From: a virus
Direction: 5' to 3' (one strand)
Length of the DNA: 64,000 nt
Virus record (IMG/VR): IMGVR_UViG_3300025917_000016
Coordinates: 2,556 to 66,555 of that record
How positions within the stretch are numbered: position 1 is the first letter of the stretch; the number at the start of each line of letters is the position of its first letter. The notes below the pieces were generated by a model that did not search any database, was not told where the DNA came from, and saw only the letters and a program-made list of their open reading frames with translations. The position numbers and the translations under genes are program-made. This document shows, in pieces, positions 53,622-62,299 of the stretch.

Positions 53622-55052
53622 ATGGATTTCTACGCGATCAATGGCGAGACAATCAACGGTACTCCGGTACTGCCGATTGCCGCGTCTGCTGGTGTCACCT
53701 GCACAATCGACATCAGCGCGGTCGCGACCCGCAACGTCCTTCCATCGGCCGCCCTCAACAGCGGCTCTGCATCGTTTGTTGCGGACCCGACTTTCACGCA
53801 GGCCGCGGCGTCCACCATCAATCCGCAGGCCGCGATCCAGACCGACGTAACGTTCATTCACGCCGCGTCGGCAAGCCTCGTGTGCAGTGCCGATATCGTC
53901 GTGGCCGTGTACCGCGTGGTGCCATGTGCGGTTCAGATGGACTGCTTCGCCGACCTGCAGGCCATTCCGGCGTCCACGCTGGCCCATGCTGATGTCACCA
54001 CAGATATCACACTCGACGCTTCGGCGACGAAGATCCAACCGGGTGCGTCGGCGATGGCCGGTACGGTCGCCGTGGAGGCCGACCCGGTCGTCACGCGCTA
54101 TGTCGCAGCGAGTATCGACGGCACGGCGGCGCTGCGGGTCGAGGCGACGCTCAACAACCTGCTCGACGGTTTTGTAGACGTGGCGCTCAGTGCCTCGTTC
54201 TCGATGCCGGACACCGGGATCGTATTCCGCCAGGCTGCAGCGTATGTCGAACTGCAGGACAACCTCGCGATCACGCCGACCTACATCTACGCCAGCAGCG
54301 GTGCTCTCATCGACTGCTATGCGGACGTGGAGCCGGACGGCATCACGCTGGCTGTTCCGGCCGCGATCCTGGTGGCCACGGCCGATTTCACGGCGGACGG
54401 TGTGCGCATCGTCCTGCCGACGGTAAGCATGGCTGTCACGGCCGACGTGGCGGCGCCGGCATTGCAGCGGCACGCAGCCGATACGACTGCCGTCGGCAGC
54501 GTAGTGCTGACGAGTACGCCCGTGGTCACGCAATGGGGCATGACGACGATTGATGCTGGTAGTAGCTTCGCAGCCAGCGGCACCGCCGTGCGCATGGCGG
54601 TCGCGGACGTGCAGGGCGGCGCCGACGTCGCGCTGGCGCCGTCGAACAACATGGTTGCTAGCGCGACGATCGACCCGAGTACGGACATCTCGGTGTCGTC
54701 AGTGCGTATCTGTCTCGCAGCTGTCGATGGCGTGCTCACGGCCGATTTCATCGCGCTGTCGACCGCAACGCGGCCGGCGGAAGCGAGCATCACCGGTGGC
54801 GTCGCAGTAGACGCCGTGGCCGTGAACACGATGCCGGGTAGCGCGTTGATCGATAGCCACGTGGACTTCTCGCTTTACCCGGTCATGAAGATCATGGCTG
54901 CGTGCGTACTGGGTGTCACCGTTGATGTACGGGCCGATGCTCGCGTCAACATCGAAGCGATCGACCTACCCGACGACACGATGTACCGGCCAGCCGAGGA
55001 CACCGAATTTGACCGTCCCTTCGAAGAAACTGAAATGAGGCGCTACGCATGA
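53622..55052 (+). CDS. Ala/Val-rich beta-repeat virion protein
   Basis: N-terminal AINGETING followed by periodic beta repeats. Confidence 0.6.
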   Translation: MDFYAINGETINGTPVLPIAASAGVTCTIDISAVATRNVLPSAALNSGSASFVADPTFTQAAASTINPQAAIQTDVTFIHAASASLVCSADIVVAVYRVVPCAVQMDCFADLQAIPASTLAHADVTTDITLDASATKIQPGASAMAGTVAVEADPVVTRYVAASIDGTAALRVEATLNNLLDGFVDVALSASFSMPDTGIVFRQAAAYVELQDNLAITPTYIYASSGALIDCYADVEPDGITLAVPAAILVATADFTADGVRIVLPTVSMAVTADVAAPALQRHAADTTAVGSVVLTSTPVVTQWGMTTIDAGSSFAASGTAVRMAVADVQGGADVALAPSNNMVASATIDPSTDISVSSVRICLAAVDGVLTADFIALSTATRPAEASITGGVAVDAVAVNTMPGSALIDSHVDFSLYPVMKIMAACVLGVTVDVRADARVNIEAIDLPDDTMYRPAEDTEFDRPFEETEMRRYA

Positions 55053-55330
55053 AACTAGGGACCAAGACCAAGCAACCCGGCGAGCGCCGTTCGTACACGA
55101 TCAACTACATCGATGCAATCACGAGCGACGACACCGTGATGACGGCCACACTCAAGACCGCACCACCAGTCGAACTTGTCGTCGACCAGATCACCGTCAT
55201 CTCGCCGCGCGTGCGCTTCTTCGTTGCCGGCGGCACCGATGGTATGAGCTACAAGCTCACCTTCGTTGTCGTGACGAACGACGGCCTCACGTTCGAGGAC
55301 GAAGTAACCATCAAAGTGAAGGAACAGTAA
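55049..55330 (+). CDS. Fibre-tail adaptor-like protein
   Basis: KQPGERRSYTINY...GGTDG.SYK...E.E..IKVKE. Confidence 0.65.
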   Translation: MKLGTKTKQPGERRSYTINYIDAITSDDTVMTATLKTAPPVELVVDQITVISPRVRFFVAGGTDGMSYKLTFVVVTNDGLTFEDEVTIKVKEQ

Positions 55331-57615
55331 TGACGCAACTTTTCGCGAACAACGCATTCTCCACGCTGGCCAGTGCCATCACCAATACGGCGACGTCCCT
55401 GACCGTGCAGGCCGGCGCGGGTGCGAAGTTCCCATCGCCATCGGGCGGCGACTATTTCCTCGTCACGCTGTTCCAGCTGATCGGCGGCATCGAAGCCAAC
55501 CATGAAGTCGTGAAGGTCACGGCGCGCTCGGTCGATACCTTCACGATCGTGCGCGGGCAGGAAGGCACCACGGCGCGCGCGTGGGACGTGGGCGACCAAG
55601 TCTCGCACCGCGGCACCGCCGGTACGCTCGGCGGCCTGGCCCAGCTCGGCGCATCCGGCCAGGCGTTTACGAGTCCGGTCAGCGTACCGACGGCCTCGGC
55701 CGGTACGAATACGGACCAGGCCGCCAGCACGGCGTTCGTCACCGCCGCCGTAACGCAGGCCAAGGCCGATCTCATCGCATCCTCGCCTGCCGCGCTCGAC
55801 ACGTTGAACGAGTTGGCCGCCGCACTGGGCAACGATGCAAACTTCTCGACGACCATGGCGACGGCGCTGGGCAACCGCCTGCGCGTCGATGTGAACACAC
55901 AGGGCTTGAATTCGACGCAGAAGTCCAATGCCGTGACGAACCTGGGCTTGGCCGCCGTGGCTGTGTCTGGTGCCAAGGCCGACGTAGGCCTGGGCAACGT
56001 CGACAACACGTCGGACACGAACAAGCCGGTCAGCTCGGCAACACAGACCGCGCTGGACCTGAAGGCGAATCTGAGCGGCGCGACCTTTACCGGCTCGGTG
56101 TCCACGACGGGCGACTACACACTAGCAACCCAGGGCGGGCGCTTCATCGCCGACTTCTCCAATGCGACGCTGTCCAACCGTGGAAACTTCCAGACTTCGG
56201 TAACGAACGGATCCACATCTGTCGGTTTCAGGCCGAACGGCTCCGGCACATCGGCGCAGGTCAATGCATTCAACGGCTCCGACATGACCAACAGTGCGTA
56301 CATGTCGGTCGGCGCGGATGCGACTGCTACCTTCCTCGACTCGAAAGTATCGGGCACCGGTACTCAGTTACCGATCGCCTTCCGGATCAATAATTCTGAG
56401 GTTGCGCGCTTTGATACCAGCGGCAACTTCGGTCTCGGCCAAACTGCACCATCCAAGTACTTGCACGGAGGTTCGGCTCGCGTACTTGAACTTCTGAATA
56501 GTGACGCCGCAGTCGACTCGCAGAGCCATTTGGTCCTCTCAACAGGCTGCGCTGCTGCAAGTACTTCGATTGGTACGGTGTCATTCGTCATTCCGGGTAT
56601 CACTGCGTCTAACAAGCTCTTGGCATACATCAGCGCGTCAACGGACCCATCGCACACTTCAACCGCACCATCTAGCACTCTCAGGTTTGCAACCCGTACA
56701 GCGGGTGGGGCGCTAACGGACAACATGATTCTCGACGGTAGCGGCAACCTGTTGGTGGGAGTGATGTCCGGCACCACGCATACCATTAATAAAACAGGTG
56801 CGGTAGAGGGCGATATCGTCCTCATTGCACAAGGGGGAGGCAATAGTGCGTCCTTCTTCCGGCATGTAGCAGGCGCAGGCGGTAATGCTGCTAATACCGC
56901 CCTGTCTATGAAAGCCAACTCCACTACCTTGCGCTCGATCAACGTGGGCGGCACCGTCAACGCATCCGGCGCCGACTACGCCGAGTACATGACCAAGGCC
57001 GCCGACTGCGGCGTCCTGGCCAAGGGCCAGATCGTCGGTGTGGATGCACACGGCAAACTCACGAACAAATGGGCGGACGCGGTCTCGTTTCTGATCAAGT
57101 CGACCGATCCGTCATATGTCGGCGGTGACGTGTGGGGCAGCGAGGAAGCTCTCGGCATCGCACGCCCGGACGAACCGGTGTTCATGGCGCCTGTATACAC
57201 CGGAGCTAGCGCAGTCCTTACAGAACCGCACGAAGGCGACTCCGACGAGATCAAGGCCCAGCGTGCTCAGTACGAAGCCGACCAGCAGGCATATGCCGCG
57301 CAGGTCGCCGCTGCACGCCACACGTTCGACACCGTGACCATGCCGGCCTACCAGGCCGCGCTGGCCGACTTCGAAGCCGTGCTCGAAGCCGCGCGCCAGA
57401 AGGTCGACCGCATCGCCTACTGTGGCCAGGTGCCGGTCAACGTCACCGGCGCGACGCCGGGCCAGTACGTCGTACCGGTCCAGGTCGGCACCGGTATCGG
57501 CGCCCAGCTTGTCAACAAGGCGAACCTGACGATGGCCCAGTACATCTCAGCCATCGGCGTCGTCCAGAACATCCTCGCAGACGGACGGGCGAACGTACGC
57601 GTAAAAGTCATTTAA
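55330..57615 (+). CDS. Tail fibre protein
   Basis: FANNA...RGQEGTTARAW; ALDTLNELAAALGND; VGLGNVDNTSD; C-terminal ADYAEY...IAYCGQVPV module. Confidence 0.85.
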   Translation: MTQLFANNAFSTLASAITNTATSLTVQAGAGAKFPSPSGGDYFLVTLFQLIGGIEANHEVVKVTARSVDTFTIVRGQEGTTARAWDVGDQVSHRGTAGTLGGLAQLGASGQAFTSPVSVPTASAGTNTDQAASTAFVTAAVTQAKADLIASSPAALDTLNELAAALGNDANFSTTMATALGNRLRVDVNTQGLNSTQKSNAVTNLGLAAVAVSGAKADVGLGNVDNTSDTNKPVSSATQTALDLKANLSGATFTGSVSTTGDYTLATQGGRFIADFSNATLSNRGNFQTSVTNGSTSVGFRPNGSGTSAQVNAFNGSDMTNSAYMSVGADATATFLDSKVSGTGTQLPIAFRINNSEVARFDTSGNFGLGQTAPSKYLHGGSARVLELLNSDAAVDSQSHLVLSTGCAAASTSIGTVSFVIPGITASNKLLAYISASTDPSHTSTAPSSTLRFATRTAGGALTDNMILDGSGNLLVGVMSGTTHTINKTGAVEGDIVLIAQGGGNSASFFRHVAGAGGNAANTALSMKANSTTLRSINVGGTVNASGADYAEYMTKAADCGVLAKGQIVGVDAHGKLTNKWADAVSFLIKSTDPSYVGGDVWGSEEALGIARPDEPVFMAPVYTGASAVLTEPHEGDSDEIKAQRAQYEADQQAYAAQVAAARHTFDTVTMPAYQAALADFEAVLEAARQKVDRIAYCGQVPVNVTGATPGQYVVPVQVGTGIGAQLVNKANLTMAQYISAIGVVQNILADGRANVRVKVI

Positions 57616-57632
57616 CCCGATAGAAAGAACGT

Positions 57633-57908
57633 ATGGACACGAACAAAAAAACTCCTGGCCCTTGCCGCCGGTCGTCCGACCTGAATCCTCCAACCGGGTC
57701 GCTTGCCGCGCTCGAAGCGCGCATGGATACGTTCGAATACAAGCTCGACAAGAACACCGAGTTGACCGAGACCATCGTGAAGCTGTTTGGCACGATGGAA
57801 GCCGGCATCAAGTTCCTCGGCTGGCTCGGCGCTGCGCTGAAGTGGGCAGCGATGTGCGCGGGCGCCCTGTTTTCGCTGTGGGCCCTGATCAACGGGAAAA
57901 ATAAATGA
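57633..57908 (+). CDS. Holin/antiholin-like membrane protein
   Basis: Single C-terminal TM segment; immediately before the endolysin. Confidence 0.55.
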   Translation: MDTNKKTPGPCRRSSDLNPPTGSLAALEARMDTFEYKLDKNTELTETIVKLFGTMEAGIKFLGWLGAALKWAAMCAGALFSLWALINGKNK

Positions 57909-58429
57909 TCATTACCATCACCGACTTGTCCGAGATCATGCCGCAGGCCGCGCACTGGCGCATCGAGGCATTCATCGGGGGAATCAACAACGCCTTCAGC
58001 GAATTCGAGATCAACACGCCGATGCGCGCGGCGCAGTTCCTGGCCCAGATCGCATGCGAGTCGATCCAGCTCACCTACACGGCCGAGTTGGCATCCGGTG
58101 CACGCTACGAAGGCCGCGCCGACCTGGGCAATACCCAGCCGGGCGACGGGACCAAGTTCAAGGGCCGCGGACTCATCCAGGTCACGGGACGCGCGAACTA
58201 TACCGCGTGCGGCCACGCGCTCGGACTGCCACTGCTGGACCACCCCGAGCTGCTGGAGTTGCCGACGTACGCCGCACGGAGCGCCGGCTGGTTCTGGCGC
58301 TCGCACGGGTGCAACGAACTCGCCGATACCGGCGACGTAAAGGCCGTAACGCGCCGTGTCAACGGCGGCTACAACAATCTCTCCGACCGCACCACATTCT
58401 TTGAACGAGCACGAAAGGTACTTCTATGA
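57905..58429 (+). CDS. Endolysin, glycoside hydrolase family 19
   Basis: AQFLAQIACES, LGNTQPGDG, KGRGLIQVTGRANY, SAGWFW, VNGG. Confidence 0.92.
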   Translation: MIITITDLSEIMPQAAHWRIEAFIGGINNAFSEFEINTPMRAAQFLAQIACESIQLTYTAELASGARYEGRADLGNTQPGDGTKFKGRGLIQVTGRANYTACGHALGLPLLDHPELLELPTYAARSAGWFWRSHGCNELADTGDVKAVTRRVNGGYNNLSDRTTFFERARKVLL

Positions 58430-58770
58430 AACCGCACACCGCCCACTTCCTCCTGTCGCTCGTCCTGGTCGCCTTCGGCATTACCGTGGTGTTCTGGTTC
58501 CTCAATACCCGTCGCGAAAGCATGCCGCCGAAGGTCCAGAAGTTCGTCGACAAACTGTACGGTGCGTTCAAGTCAAAGACCGTATGGTTCAACGCGCTGG
58601 CGCTGGTATTCCTGCAGCAGCTGCCGGACTTCATCAGCTACCTCGCACAGAACATGTCGTCCTTGCAGCCGTTCATTCCGGCCGAGTATTACCAGCTCGT
58701 GGTCGGCGCGATCGCGGTTGCGAACATCGTCCTTCGGTTCAAGACCACGCATCCGCTGGAGGCAAAATGA
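58426..58770 (+). CDS. Putative holin
   Basis: Hydrophobic segments; KSKTVWFN...LRFKT. Confidence 0.6.
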   Translation: MKPHTAHFLLSLVLVAFGITVVFWFLNTRRESMPPKVQKFVDKLYGAFKSKTVWFNALALVFLQQLPDFISYLAQNMSSLQPFIPAEYYQLVVGAIAVANIVLRFKTTHPLEAK

Positions 58771-59279
58771 ATGACGGCATCGAGAAAGGACTGATGGTAC
58801 TCCTGCTGCTCGTGATCGCGGCCGTGCTGGGCAGCGTACTGATGCACGCGCACATGGCCGCTGAGATGGACCAGCAGGCCGCCCAGTTCGAGAAGATCCT
58901 GCAGCAATCGAAAGACGCGAAGGCCGCCGCGGAACAGCGTGCCACCAACATCGAGAACGCGCAAAAAGGCGTCATCGACAATGCCGTCGCAACCTACAAG
59001 GCCAACAATGCAATTGACAAAGCCCGTGATGCCGCTGTTATTGCTGATCTGCGCAACGATGTTACAAGGCTGCGCGTCCGCACCAACCGTCCCGCCGCCT
59101 GTGGTGGCCAAGTGCCCGACGCCGCAGCCAGTACCAGCGGACCTGCTGACGCCGGAGACGAAACTCTCGCCGGACCAGTTGCAGCGCGACTTGCTGGACG
59201 GTACGCCGACTACAACCGCATCGTTGAAAAACTGACCGCCTGCCAGGCCATCGTCAAAGCCGACCGCATGCTCGACTGA
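58767..59279 (+). CDS. Inner-membrane spanin (Rz-like)
   Basis: N-terminal TM, coiled coil, RLRV, LTACQ. Confidence 0.8.
   Translation: MNDGIEKGLMVLLLLVIAAVLGSVLMHAHMAAEMDQQAAQFEKILQQSKDAKAAAEQRATNIENAQKGVIDNAVATYKANNAIDKARDAAVIADLRNDVTRLRVRTNRPAACGGQVPDAAASTSGPADAGDETLAGPVAARLAGRYADYNRIVEKLTACQAIVKADRMLD
59008..59235 (+). CDS. Outer-membrane spanin (Rz1-like lipoprotein) nested in Rz
   Basis: +1 frame inside Rz; lipobox LQGC followed by a Pro-rich sequence. Confidence 0.75.
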   Translation: MQLTKPVMPLLLLICATMLQGCASAPTVPPPVVAKCPTPQPVPADLLTPETKLSPDQLQRDLLDGTPTTTASLKN

Positions 59280-59283
59280 ATGC

Positions 59284-59390
59284 AACGGTCCCAGTAGCGG
59301 GTGGACCGCATGTGCCCTCGTGTCTAGGTGCAAAACCCGCTACCAGTGCCGCCACACGGGCCGTCTCCCTCGTGTGGCGGCGCGACCGTT
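59284..59390 (+). ncRNA. Candidate multi-stem structured RNA
   Basis: AACGGTC/GACCGTT closing stem, GTAGCGGGT/ACCCGCTAC, GCCGCCACACG/CGTGTGGCGGC. Confidence 0.45.
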
Positions 59391-59410
59391 AACCACCACG
59401 AAAGGATGAC

Positions 59411-61102
59411 ATGACCACGACCGATTTCAAGCCCAAGCAACGCGCCGATCGCGACGTCACCACGTTCACCGAGTTCAAGGGGCTGCGCAACGACACGACG
59501 CCCGAGCGTTTCTCCAATTTCGACCTGGCCGTGGCCAACAACGTCATCCTCGACGAGGCCCGCGCACTGCGCCGGCGGGCCGGCGCCACACTGCGCCTGC
59601 CCGGCGCCATGCATTCACTCTGGGCCGACGCACAGGGCGCCTTCATGGCCTCTAGTACGGCGCTGTACAGCCTTGACACAAACCTCACGCCCACGCTGCT
59701 GACGAACAGCCTGTCCGGTGCGCCGCTGGCGTACGCGCGCGCGGGCGACTGCGTCTACTTCAGCAACGGCCAGGATACCGGCGTCGCCCTGCCCAGCTCG
59801 ACGCGCGCATGGGGCATCACCGTGCCGCCCGTACTGACCACGCTCACGAGCGGTGATCTGGTGCCGGGCCGCTATCTGGTCACGGCCACGTACGTGCGCG
59901 ACGATGGCCAGGAATCCGGCGCACCGGGCGCGCAGGTCGTCGACGTAGCGGCCGGGCGCGGCATCCTGGTCACGATACCTGCATCGCTTGATGGCACCGT
60001 GACCAGCACGCGCGTGTACATGACGCCGCCCAATGGTGAAGTGCTGTATCACGTCGGCACGGTTGCGGACGGCGCGACGTTCACACCCACTGCGGCGGCT
60101 GTCGCCGCAATGAACGAGCCGCTGGAGACCCAGTTCATGACGCCGCCGCCGGCCGGGCAGCTGCTGGCTTATTACAAGGGCCGCATGTACGTGGCTGTGG
60201 GCGACACGCTGTACATGTCCGAGCCATTCGCCTACGAGCTGTTCGACCTGCGCAACAACCTCGTGCTCGACGGGCCGATCACGATGCTGGCGCCGGTCGA
60301 GGATGCTGGCGCCTCGGGCTTCTTCATCGGCACGACGGCGTCGACCGGCGTGCTGCTGGGCGAGTCGCCCGACGACTTCAAATACGCGCAGCGTTGTGAC
60401 TACGGCGCCGTGCAGGGCGCACTGGCCTATGTCGATGGCACGCTATTCATGGAGGGCTCGACCGGCGCGCACAAGCTGCCGATGTGGGTCAGCCGCGCGG
60501 GCGTATGCGTTGGCATGCCGAGCCTGGACATCACGAACCTCACGCGCGAGCGCTATACGTTCGCCACCGGCCCTGTCGGCGCGGCCATGTATGACCCGAC
60601 GACGAGCCAGTTCGTGGGCGTGTCCGGCGTGCAGGCCGCCATCGCGATGAACACCCAGACCCTGACCCTCACCACGTTCACCGAGTACGGCTACAACAGC
60701 TTCGCGCGCGTGTTCGACCGCAACATGGGCGCCAACTCGAACGGCCTGTTCGAGTTGGTCGGGAACGACGACAACGGCTTGCCGATCAACGCCACGATCG
60801 GCCTGCCCACCACGGACTTCGGCTCCTCGTTCGTGAAGGTGCTGGAGCGCCTGTTCGTCGGCTACCGCTCGCAGGCCGACATGGTCGTGCGCATCACGAC
60901 GGACGGCAACGAGGCCGTGACCTACGTGATCCCGGTGACGAGCAATCCGGGCCTTGCCACGCAGCGCGTGAAGGTCGGCAAGGGCCTGGCGGGCCGCTAC
61001 TGGCAGATCACGATCAACAACCTCGACGGTACGGATTTCACGCTCGATACCGTCGACGTCAAGCCGGTCAAGCTGGAGCGCCGCGTCAATGGCCGAGCGT
61101 AA
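59411..61102 (+). CDS. Tail tube/nozzle-like structural protein
   Basis: FKGLRN...NVILD...RRR N-terminus; beta-rich; GLAGRYWQ C-terminus. Confidence 0.65.
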   Translation: MTTTDFKPKQRADRDVTTFTEFKGLRNDTTPERFSNFDLAVANNVILDEARALRRRAGATLRLPGAMHSLWADAQGAFMASSTALYSLDTNLTPTLLTNSLSGAPLAYARAGDCVYFSNGQDTGVALPSSTRAWGITVPPVLTTLTSGDLVPGRYLVTATYVRDDGQESGAPGAQVVDVAAGRGILVTIPASLDGTVTSTRVYMTPPNGEVLYHVGTVADGATFTPTAAAVAAMNEPLETQFMTPPPAGQLLAYYKGRMYVAVGDTLYMSEPFAYELFDLRNNLVLDGPITMLAPVEDAGASGFFIGTTASTGVLLGESPDDFKYAQRCDYGAVQGALAYVDGTLFMEGSTGAHKLPMWVSRAGVCVGMPSLDITNLTRERYTFATGPVGAAMYDPTTSQFVGVSGVQAAIAMNTQTLTLTTFTEYGYNSFARVFDRNMGANSNGLFELVGNDDNGLPINATIGLPTTDFGSSFVKVLERLFVGYRSQADMVVRITTDGNEAVTYVIPVTSNPGLATQRVKVGKGLAGRYWQITINNLDGTDFTLDTVDVKPVKLERRVNGRA

Positions 61103-62264
61103 GCGCTTTAGCGGCGACCGTGATACCGCGTTCGACTACCTCGGCATCGGGCGTAACCTGCTCGACCAGCTGCTGGCCCTGATGCGGCTGAACAACCTGC
61201 AGGTACTGTCACGCAGCGTCCGGCTGCAGAACGGTGTCACGATAACCGTGTCGTCCACGTTCGGACATCACGACATCCATATCGACGCGCCGGCCAGCGC
61301 TTCGCAGCAGACGCGCGAGGCGCTGCAGGGTCTCGCCGACGACGTACAGCACTATACGGGCTTCGTTACACTGGCCGATACCGTCGTACTCAAGAGCATC
61401 GTGCGGGTCAAGATCACGACACGCGAACCGAGTGCCGCACCGAGTTCCGCCCATGTGCCGGCGCCCACATGGTCGACGAGCATCATACCGACCGGCGGCG
61501 CGTCGATAGATGTCGATGGCACCCTGCACGACTTCGTGATGGTCGGTTCCTCCGTGACGGTGAGTATTTCGCAGCATACGACGATACCCGGCGGCCTGAA
61601 GCCCACCGGCCCATCCGTGATCATCGGCGGCGGCACGCAGGGCGGCGATGCATTCGTATGGGATGACTACAACGGCTATACCCAGATGGACAATGGCGGT
61701 AACTGGGCACTGCAGCGTCGTAACGCCACGGTCATCGGTATGTCGCCCGACGGCCACGTGTTGTGCGGCTCCCTGGAGCAGTACGACAGCAGCCCGAATA
61801 CGGCGCTGACCAATCCGTTTAATGGGCAGACACCTCCGATCGGCTGGGTCACACGGGCGGCGAAATGGGCCAGCCGTACTGACCAGCCGCAGCTACCCGC
61901 CTATACCTCCGGGGGCACCTATCCAAGCAAGGCGATCACCGTCACGAACGACGGCAATACCGTCAAGGGCACGCTCAATACCGGTGCCGGTTTTAGCTGG
62001 AACGGCAAGGCCAACACGAGCTGGTCGAATGCTACCGCGCCATCCCGCATGGGCCTGACCTCGCCCGACGGCAAGGTCGTGGTGAGCCTGAATGGTAGTT
62101 ATACGCTCGGAGGGCAGACCAAGAAATGGCGCGGCCCGGTCGGCCTGGCCCGTGACGCGCCGAATGATGCCGTACCCTTCTGTGTCGTGCACGTTACGCC
62201 TGCGATGGCCCAGCAACCGGCCCAGGAAGTCGTCACGACCCAGACGTTTGTATTTTCCGGGTAG
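61089..62264 (+). CDS. Putative virion protein, beta-rich C-terminal part
   Basis: Overlaps the previous gene; MSPDGHV/SPDGKV propeller-like repeats. Confidence 0.6.
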   Translation: MAERKRFSGDRDTAFDYLGIGRNLLDQLLALMRLNNLQVLSRSVRLQNGVTITVSSTFGHHDIHIDAPASASQQTREALQGLADDVQHYTGFVTLADTVVLKSIVRVKITTREPSAAPSSAHVPAPTWSTSIIPTGGASIDVDGTLHDFVMVGSSVTVSISQHTTIPGGLKPTGPSVIIGGGTQGGDAFVWDDYNGYTQMDNGGNWALQRRNATVIGMSPDGHVLCGSLEQYDSSPNTALTNPFNGQTPPIGWVTRAAKWASRTDQPQLPAYTSGGTYPSKAITVTNDGNTVKGTLNTGAGFSWNGKANTSWSNATAPSRMGLTSPDGKVVVSLNGSYTLGGQTKKWRGPVGLARDAPNDAVPFCVVHVTPAMAQQPAQEVVTTQTFVFSG

Positions 62265-62299
62265 AAACTTTAAACTGCTGCATCTGACAAAGGAACGCC

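Noticed and set aside
55330-57615. Diversity-generating retroelement acting on the tail fibre
   Set aside because: No reverse transcriptase and no template/variable repeat pair seen in the window.
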